Assembly: GCA_023205875.1 (NCBI GenBank)
Contig: CP060756.1
Location: 124,001-188,000, forward strand
Direction of reading: 5' to 3'
Length of the DNA stretch: 64,000 nucleotides
Origin: Chloropicon primus
Lineage: Eukaryota
The position numbers and the translations under genes were made by a program. Below the pieces are notes generated by a model. It was given only the letters and a program-made list of their open reading frames with translations, searched no databases and was not told the origin of the DNA. Positions 1 through 7,022 of this stretch are shown one piece after another; the stretch's first letter is position 1, and every line of letters starts with the position of its first letter.

Positions 1-828
1 GCACTCGTCCGCTGACTGAGCAAACGCGGGTGTCCCCATGTCCGAGACCATCGTCACGCCCATGCTGTTTGCGTAGGCCATTGCTTTCATGATCGAATCC
101 TTCCTTTCCCCCTTTGATGGTTTTGGTTGGAGGCTCCTCACCATCGCGATGGCCGTGTCCGTCAGAATTCCCGTCGGGCTGCCCCCAGCGTCTCTCTCGA
201 TCTTGCCCCCAAGCGGGTCCGGCCTTGAGGTTATGTTGGCCATTGCGAGGAGGTAGAAGTTGACAAGGGCTCTGTGGCCGTCCGCTCGAAGGATCAGCAC
301 CGGGTTGTCGGGCGTTGCTTGGCTAATCCAACCGGCGTTTGGCATCTCTCCCAGCTTTCTCTCGTCAAAACCATAGCCTATGAGCCACGCCCCGGGTTCG
401 AGATTCGCTGCTCGGTCGCGCACCCTCTCGATAAAGTCAGCTCTGCTGGTGGCATCACGAAGGTCCAATTGGGAGAGGAAGCTTCCTCCCATGATGAGGT
501 GGGCGTGCGCATCCACGAGCCCGGGAAACACGTACTTCCCTTCCAGATCCACTGCCTCGATAACGGATCCCTTTAGCCTCTCACGAACACCCGCCTCCTC
601 CCCGACATCTAGAATATCTCCCAGTGCGTTCGAGACAATCGCTCCTTTCCGCACAACTGCCTTCCCCGTGTTCAACGTGAAGTTGAAGAAGAATCTCGCG
701 GGGTGGTCTCTCGCTTCTGGTCCTCCTCCTCCACCTCCGCCCGATCTGTGCGACACAAACACGAGGACGAGGTACGAGACGCAAGCCACCAACCAAGTTG
801 TCCACGTCACCCACTTCGATCCCGCCAT
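1..828 (-). CDS. Amidohydrolase family 3 (YtcJ/LAF3-like), runs off the window start
   Basis: Manual translation (frame absent from ORF track): MAGSKWVTWTTWLVACVSYLVLVFV...VDLEGKYVFPGLVDAHAHLIMGG...RADGHRALVN...GKIERDAGGSPTGILTD; DxHxH metal motif, N-terminal hydrophobic segment. Confidence 0.85.
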   Translation of the reverse strand, partial: MAGSKWVTWTTWLVACVSYLVLVFVSHRSGGGGGGGPEARDHPARFFFNFTLNTGKAVVRKGAIVSNALGDILDVGEEAGVRERLKGSVIEAVDLEGKYVFPGLVDAHAHLIMGGSFLSQLDLRDATSRADFIERVRDRAANLEPGAWLIGYGFDERKLGEMPNAGWISQATPDNPVLILRADGHRALVNFYLLAMANITSRPDPLGGKIERDAGGSPTGILTDTAIAMVRSLQPKPSKGERKDSIMKAMAYANSMGVTMVSDMGTPAFAQSADEC

Positions 829-1003
829 CCTCCTCCACGCACTCTGGAGCAGCACCTTATATCTCGATGACCTCAAACGTGGTCCGTTTCCGCCAAGTTC
901 GGGTTCATTGCAAAGATCGCGAGACGAAGTTTCTCTGATGATCACACCTCCCTCGCCAACGCCCTCCTCTGTCGCGCTCAAACCGCCCCCCGAACTCGCC
1001 CCT

Positions 1004-1034
<31 letters not shown>

Positions 1035-1246
1035 CTCCAGCGCCTCGAAGTGACTCCATGAGTGTACCGAACGAAGGCTCTCTTAACTCTTGTTATGGTG
1101 TTCAGACATCAGATCAAAAACAGCACACAGAAAAGTCACGAAAGGACGGTAAGATAATCACAGTCAATACTGGAAGCACAAAGGCAAGTTCTCCTTTCCA
1201 CTGAAAGAGAGAAACACGGAGAGAACGGAGACCGGCCCCTACTTAC

Positions 1247-1400
1247 CTGTTAGTTTTCTGCAAAGGTCGTTTCACCGAGTTTGTAAGTTTCTCGGCAGGG
1301 TAATTCGGCCCTACCACGACCATTCCACCGTACATGAACGAATACTTCCGCCCACGCACGGCAGCCCGTACTAACAAACGTATGTGCAACCCTGAGGAGT
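1247..1400 (-). ncRNA. Putative Fanzor omegaRNA scaffold
   Basis: Directly downstream of the nuclease stop. 16-bp hairpin at 1327-1362 with six G-U pairs that form only on the minus strand; multibranch stem 1265-1321; long-range pairing 1370-1376 with 1248-1254. Confidence 0.65.
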
Positions 1401-3571
1401 TACACACTTTTTGGTTGACGCAAGTGCTTCAGGAGGACGTTGCGTGCCCCGTTCACATCCCGACCGCACTTGAAGCCACACTTCTGGCACTTGTACACCT
1501 CTGCTCCACCCAGGTTCTTCTTGATGTGTCCGCACCTGCCACAGGTCTTGGAGGTGTACTCCTCCGTCACGATCGCCAGCTCACTGCCGTGCAAGAGCAC
1601 CTTGGAAGCCAAGAACGTTCTGAACGCATAGTGCCTCAACGTCAAGAGCGTGCGAGCCGTCTTCTTCCTGATCACTCGGCGTCTCCCGTTGTTGTTCTTC
1701 TTCACCATGTCTTGGGACTTGAACTCCGGGAGGAGGATTGTGTCGAACCTCCTGCATAGATCGTTGGCTACCTTTTTGTGAAGCTCGTTCGTCAGACCTC
1801 GAAGTTTCTCCATGCAGGCGTATTGCTGTCTCTTCAAGTCGCGGCGGTCGAGGTAAGGGAGCTTCACCTTTGGGTCTTTGCGCTCGGAAATGATCTCATC
1901 AATCCTCCAGCAGAGGTTGAACAGCCTCGCGAAGCCTCGCTCGCCCTTGGCATACTCCCCGACGCCTTCTTGCGGCGAGTACGACGTCTGAAAGGTCCTG
2001 ACTCCCGGATCCAGGGCGACAACCTTCCGCTTGTTCTCAGGCTTCAGGGGTGGCAGGCGATCCCATGGCGTCGCGATGGGAATGTGCATGTGGAACTGCC
2101 CAAGGCGATTTCTTGTGATCTTCACGGCACCCTCGATCTTGCCCCCGGGGATCTCCTCCGTCAAGTACAGGGGCCCGCCGGCCATCTTCTTCTTGAACAC
2201 CTCCAGCTTGGTCCACTTGCGTCGTTTCTTGTGCTTCGTATCATCCTTGTGCCTCGTGTTTGGCCTTTCGATCGTCTCCACGTTCTTTAACTCTCTTGCA
2301 TCAATTTCAATAGTCCAAGAGCTCGGTTGCTGACGTTGACGATACTTGAGAACGAAGCGGTGCCCCTTCTTCTCGCCGCGCTCCTTCATCGCTTCCTGCT
2401 TCGCGGTGTTCGAATCCCATGCCTTGATGAGACTTCGCACGGCAGCTTGTCTGATGGCACAGGGGGTTTCCTTCAGCCAAGGATGCTTCTGATTCACAAA
2501 GGCCCCGCTAACGTAGTCCCGGTCCTTGGCCACTTGGAGGCGAAAAGCTCTGCCTCCAATTTGGCTCTCGAGTCTCTTCTCTCTGGCCGCGAAAAGCTCT
2601 GCCTCCTGTTTCGTCCATGGCCGTGGAGAGCATTGGATTTCTTTCAGCTCTTTCTCCAGGCCCTCAAAGACCTCAGGGCGTCGCGGTTTGGCCGTCACAA
2701 ATCTGTCCAGCAGGACGGTCCAAACCAGCGGAAAATCCTCCTTCTTGACCGCCTCCAAACACTTGTTGTATGTGAAACGCGCAGCTCCCATCCAGTTGCA
2801 AAGGCATTGCGCCTGCTCAGGGTTCAAGCGCATCCTCACCTTCCTCGTCCGTATCACCGTTCGCTCCGACAATAGCTTGGAGGTCTTCAGTTTCTGCTCC
2901 CTCTTCCTTTTGGCGGGCGACTGCAATGTCTCGACGGATACCACAGAATCTTCTGGAAGGTTCAAGCACGACCTCCATCCCGTCTTCGGACACTTTACCT
3001 CTACAAGTTCTCTCTTGATCGATGAGAACCAGGTCTTCTTCACGCTGTCGTCCGCCAAGCCACCCGGCTGCTTCCCTGCTTTCTTCCCCCTCTTGTTCTT
3101 CTTCTTCTTGCCCTTCTTCTTGTTCTTCTTCTTGCCCTTCTTGCGAGGCTTCTTGCGAGGCTTGCCTGACGAGCTCGAACTCTCACCCGCAGAGGCGTCC
3201 GCCTCCGGCCGCTTCCCCTTCCGCTTCCCCCCCCGCTTCTTGCGAGGCGTGCTCGAACCCTCCTCGAAAGCAGAGGCGGGGTCGTCCAGCGGCTTCCCCT
3301 TCCGCTTCCCCCCCCGCTTCTTGCGAGGCGTGCTCGAACCCTCACCCGCAGAGGCGGGGTCGTCCGCGGGAGGAAGCAGGCACAACGCGTAGAGCAACTG
3401 CAAGCCCTGATTCCAGAACGGAAGTAACGGCCGCTCCGTCGTCGGAGACTCCTGCCCCGACTTCGAAGCGCCCTGAGCATGACTCTCGCCAGAGTGCGAC
3501 CTCCTTGTGGAACTCGTCGAGCCACTCCCCTGCTTCTCCTTTTTCTTACGGCGCTTCCCTGATCGCGCCAT
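1400..3571 (-). CDS. Fanzor2 / IS607-type TnpB RNA-guided endonuclease (723 aa)
   Basis: HTH_OrfB-like RTRKVRMRLNPEQ...WMGAARFTYN; RuvC-I VVALDPGVRTF; ILLP plus relocated RuvC-II Glu in VTEEYTSKTC; zinc ribbon CGRCG...CQKCG; RuvC-III RDVNGARNV. Confidence 0.95.
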   Translation of the reverse strand: MARSGKRRKKKEKQGSGSTSSTRRSHSGESHAQGASKSGQESPTTERPLLPFWNQGLQLLYALCLLPPADDPASAGEGSSTPRKKRGGKRKGKPLDDPASAFEEGSSTPRKKRGGKRKGKRPEADASAGESSSSSGKPRKKPRKKGKKKNKKKGKKKKNKRGKKAGKQPGGLADDSVKKTWFSSIKRELVEVKCPKTGWRSCLNLPEDSVVSVETLQSPAKRKREQKLKTSKLLSERTVIRTRKVRMRLNPEQAQCLCNWMGAARFTYNKCLEAVKKEDFPLVWTVLLDRFVTAKPRRPEVFEGLEKELKEIQCSPRPWTKQEAELFAAREKRLESQIGGRAFRLQVAKDRDYVSGAFVNQKHPWLKETPCAIRQAAVRSLIKAWDSNTAKQEAMKERGEKKGHRFVLKYRQRQQPSSWTIEIDARELKNVETIERPNTRHKDDTKHKKRRKWTKLEVFKKKMAGGPLYLTEEIPGGKIEGAVKITRNRLGQFHMHIPIATPWDRLPPLKPENKRKVVALDPGVRTFQTSYSPQEGVGEYAKGERGFARLFNLCWRIDEIISERKDPKVKLPYLDRRDLKRQQYACMEKLRGLTNELHKKVANDLCRRFDTILLPEFKSQDMVKKNNNGRRRVIRKKTARTLLTLRHYAFRTFLASKVLLHGSELAIVTEEYTSKTCGRCGHIKKNLGGAEVYKCQKCGFKCGRDVNGARNVLLKHLRQPKSV
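3171..3370 (-). repeat. ~80-bp intragenic tandem repeat (about 2.5 copies) in the Fanzor N-terminus
   Basis: gcttccccttccgcttccccccccgcttcttgcgaggcgtgctcgaaccctc occurs at ~3211 and ~3292; encodes DDPASA..EGSSTPRKKRGGKRKGK. Confidence 0.9.
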
Positions 3572-3986
3572 GACGGTTATTAGGGTTTCACTCGCTGCCC
3601 TCCTCGTAACTCCTCGTAACTATAGATTTGCCTTGTCCAGCAAGTGAACACGAGAAAAACGCTTAGTGGGTTGTCCTTTGGGTGTGACCAAACTGGTATA
3701 CACTGGAATCCCACCAACAGGGGAAAACCTCCAACAACTCTGTGAACCTTTGACAGGAGGTCTTGGAGACCGTCGACGTCGACCGAGACAAGGAAAGGGA
3801 AGGGAAGTGGATTGTCTGGCGTGGGTTGTCTGGCCTTGGTTTGTGTCGAGTCCCCCCGAGGTGGGCATGCATTATGCCATCGTCGTTGTCGTTGTGACAA
3901 AGGAACGACCTCCTCCTTCCTTTTGACAAGACAGAAGACAGAAGACAACGCACATTGGGGGATTGAGTAGTGTTTTTGCGGACGCA

Positions 3987-6734
3987 ATGGGGAAGGTGCC
4001 TTTGCCTCCCATCTCGAGCTCGAGGGGGAGGGAGAAGAGAAAGGCGACCGCCACGCTTCCTGGGAGTCTGAGTGTTTACGAGCCGAAGCAGTCCAAGAGA
4101 GGGATTGACAGCAAATGCAAGGAGAAGTCCAAGAACAAGGAGAGCGAGGAGAGGCTCAAGCTCCTTCACAGCAGGAACAAGGCTTACATACAGCAGCTCG
4201 AGGAGAAGAGCAGGCAGATGCGGCAGCAGGCCGAGCAGGAGTCCGAGAGGGTGAGCGCCTTCCGGGACCGACTGCGGAAGCGCATCCTGAAGGAAGTCTC
4301 CCAGAGCAGCAAGGACTTCGCCATGATGAAAGCGGAGAGGATGCTCAAGGACAAGGCCGAGATGATGAAGCAGAGGGCCGATTCGAAGTCCAGCATTCAC
4401 AGGAACGACTCGGCCTCGCCCGGAGGGAGCCTGAGGAACAAGTTCGCGGCGTACAGGAGCGCCTCTCCCGGCTACTCGACGATTGGCCACCAGCAGAAGG
4501 TGAAGAGGCCGACGACGTCCTCGGGGACCGAGAGTCGGTCGCGGTCGAGGGTGACAGGCTTCGAGAATCTCAAGCAGCTTCAGCGGCCGCAAACGAGTCA
4601 TCCGAGCAAGCCCAGGTCCGAGCAGGTCCAAAGGCCGAACACGGCGCAGGACGACTCGGGGGAGGTCGCTCAGGGGAGCGGCAGGCAAATGGTTGCCAAG
4701 CTGAGAGCGAATCGCGTCATATCGAGCGCTTACGCGAGCACGCCGGCGACGACGAGCCCAACCGCCACGTCCCCGACCTTTGCGACCACGATAAAGATCT
4801 ACAGGTCCATCCAGTGCAACACGAACCCTTCCCTGAAGAGGTACCTGATGTGGAAGAAGCGGAACAACATCGCGTTCGAGGCAAAGGTGTTCACGATATC
4901 GGGGGAGAAGAACTTCTTCTACATGCGTCGCGCCTTGCTGGACCGGGGTTGGATCGAGAACAAGGACACCAACACGGAGTTCTTCGACCTGAAGTGGTCC
5001 CTGCACAGCGCGGACATCAAGCACATCAACCTGCGCCAAGACCAGTTCGTGAACCACTTTGAGCACGCTTCGAACATCACCACCAAGTGCGGCCTGCTCA
5101 AGACCTTCAAAGAGCACGCCCTCTCGGCCTCCGTGAACGCGTCCAAGTTCTACCCCAGGTCGTACGAGCTGAGCACGGAGGAGGGCAAGTGGGAGTTCGA
5201 CAAGGACTTCGAGATGACAGCGGCCTTGTCCATACTCAAGAGGGCCTGGGTCGATCTTCACACGGGGGAGAAGACTCGCCTGGACCAAACTGCCCTGGTC
5301 GCGATGAAGGCTTGGACGTTACGGCTGCAGCACGAGAGGAACCTGGTGGTAGAGGACTTGGAGGTGGACACGACCTGGCTGCCAAAGATAAGGAACCTGC
5401 AGTGGAACGAGATCCGGTCCTCTGACATCTTTTCCAAGCCCGTGGTGCCCAAGGAAGTTCTTGACGCCGCTGAGAAGAAAGTTCCCGTCAATCGTTGCAG
5501 CTGCCCTGCCCAGGACGAGGGGACCGAGGTGCTCGTGATAGAGGACAGCATGAGCACTGACTCGTCGAGTGCGTCCACGCAAGACGTCTTCCAAGCGCCC
5601 TGTCCAGTGGCCGAGGCCAATTCCTCGGAGGGCGAGGTCAACTCCTCGGAAAGCGAGCTCGACAAGCTTGGGAAGCTCCTGGGTGAAATCTACGAGAAGA
5701 ACCACCAAAGCTGCATGGACGGTATGCACAACATCTGGATCGTGAAGCCCGGGGGCAAGAGCAGGGGACGGGGCATCAGGTGTTTCAACAACCTGCAGGA
5801 GATCTGGAGTTACGTCAGACACGACCTGACCGAAAAGTGGGTGGCCCAAAAGTACATCGAGCGCCCATTGATAGTCCACAGGAGGAAGTTCGACATCCGC
5901 CAGTGGATCCTTGTCACGGACTGGAACCCGCTCACCGTTTGGATGTACGGCGAGTGCTACTTGAGATTCGCCGTCGAGAGCTTTGACTTGCTCAACTTGG
6001 ACGCTTACATCCACCTCTGCAACAACAGCGTGGTGAAGCACAGCGAGAGGTTCGACAGCGCGGCGAGCGAGATCGAGTCGGAGGGGAACATGTGGAGCAT
6101 GGAAAGGTTCGAGAGGTACGTTTCGGAAGAGCTCGGCGCGGGGAACGCGGTCAGGGAGGTCATCCTTCCCCAGATGAGGAAAATCGTGACCGACAGCCTT
6201 CGGAGCGCCCAGTGGGCCGTGAAGGACAGGAAGGAGACTTGCCAAGTTTTCGGGTACGACTTTCTGGTGGACGACTCCCTCAACGTTTGGCTCCTCGAGA
6301 TCAACTCGAGCCCGACGATGGAGGCCAGCAACGCCCTCACGGCTCGCCTCTGCAGGGAGTTCCAGGAGGACACCGTCAAGGTGATCGTGGACTTGCCGGC
6401 AGAGCAGCTGAGGAGGCAGAGGAGCGGCGAGCCGAGGCTCAAGCACGACGAAGCGCCCAAGGAGCTCGTCGGCAACTTCGAGATCCTGGTCTCGGACTCC
6501 GTCGTCGCCAGGCAGCCCAAGTACATCGGGCTCAACCTGGTGGTGGAGGGCAAGAGCCTGGCCAAGAGGTTTGCCCTGGAGAGGAGGAAGAGAAGGAAGA
6601 GCCAGATCTTCCTGGACCGGTCCGACCTCAACCTTCAGGAGAACAAGAAAGACGCTAGCCCCTCCAAGGACTTGTCCAGCAAAAAGATGGTGGACAACAA
6701 GCCCACTAAAGAGCCCCTTCAGACGGCCAACTAG
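3987..6734 (+). CDS. Tubulin-tyrosine ligase-like protein, probably TTLL3/8-type glycylase
   Basis: WIVKPGGKSRGRGI, VAQKYIERPL...KFDIRQW, HLCNNSV, FGYDF...WLLEINSSP; first ATG at 3987. Confidence 0.9.
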   Translation: MGKVPLPPISSSRGREKRKATATLPGSLSVYEPKQSKRGIDSKCKEKSKNKESEERLKLLHSRNKAYIQQLEEKSRQMRQQAEQESERVSAFRDRLRKRILKEVSQSSKDFAMMKAERMLKDKAEMMKQRADSKSSIHRNDSASPGGSLRNKFAAYRSASPGYSTIGHQQKVKRPTTSSGTESRSRSRVTGFENLKQLQRPQTSHPSKPRSEQVQRPNTAQDDSGEVAQGSGRQMVAKLRANRVISSAYASTPATTSPTATSPTFATTIKIYRSIQCNTNPSLKRYLMWKKRNNIAFEAKVFTISGEKNFFYMRRALLDRGWIENKDTNTEFFDLKWSLHSADIKHINLRQDQFVNHFEHASNITTKCGLLKTFKEHALSASVNASKFYPRSYELSTEEGKWEFDKDFEMTAALSILKRAWVDLHTGEKTRLDQTALVAMKAWTLRLQHERNLVVEDLEVDTTWLPKIRNLQWNEIRSSDIFSKPVVPKEVLDAAEKKVPVNRCSCPAQDEGTEVLVIEDSMSTDSSSASTQDVFQAPCPVAEANSSEGEVNSSESELDKLGKLLGEIYEKNHQSCMDGMHNIWIVKPGGKSRGRGIRCFNNLQEIWSYVRHDLTEKWVAQKYIERPLIVHRRKFDIRQWILVTDWNPLTVWMYGECYLRFAVESFDLLNLDAYIHLCNNSVVKHSERFDSAASEIESEGNMWSMERFERYVSEELGAGNAVREVILPQMRKIVTDSLRSAQWAVKDRKETCQVFGYDFLVDDSLNVWLLEINSSPTMEASNALTARLCREFQEDTVKVIVDLPAEQLRRQRSGEPRLKHDEAPKELVGNFEILVSDSVVARQPKYIGLNLVVEGKSLAKRFALERRKRRKSQIFLDRSDLNLQENKKDASPSKDLSSKKMVDNKPTKEPLQTAN

Positions 6735-7022
6735 CCGAAAAGAGACGTGTCATTGCTTGTGTAATGTATTGATCCATCACCACCTACATCGGGGAGAACG
6801 ACAATGAACAACGCACCCCACATCATCCAAAGGCCTCCTCCCCTTCCCGCCCAGCTCTGCAGCTGTCAACAATTTTTAGATGCTTTGGATGATGTTCAGT
6901 CCGCGTCGTCGCGGGAGACAGAGACGACGACGCGAAGAGGAAGAGGAAGAGAGAGGAGCCGGTGAGGGGGAAGAGAGAGAGAGTCGCACGCACTCCAGGG
7001 TCCACGGTCCACTCCTGCGTCC

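Larger units (their letters stand above)
1247..3840 (-). mobile_element. Fanzor2 element lacking a transposase in this window; boundaries approximate
   Basis: Nuclease ORF, structured 3' RNA and short repeated motifs upstream (3601-3620, 3666-3675, 3807-3834), located between two host genes. Confidence 0.5.

Noticed and set aside
1258..3756. Possible terminal inverted repeat CTGCAAAGGT versus ACCTTTGACAG
   Set aside because: Short and gapped, and no target-site duplication found
3663..5288. Long antisense ORFs (also 14498-16282, 24591-26261, 58107-59345 and others)
   Set aside because: Shadow ORFs opposite GC3-rich real genes; no recognisable motifs
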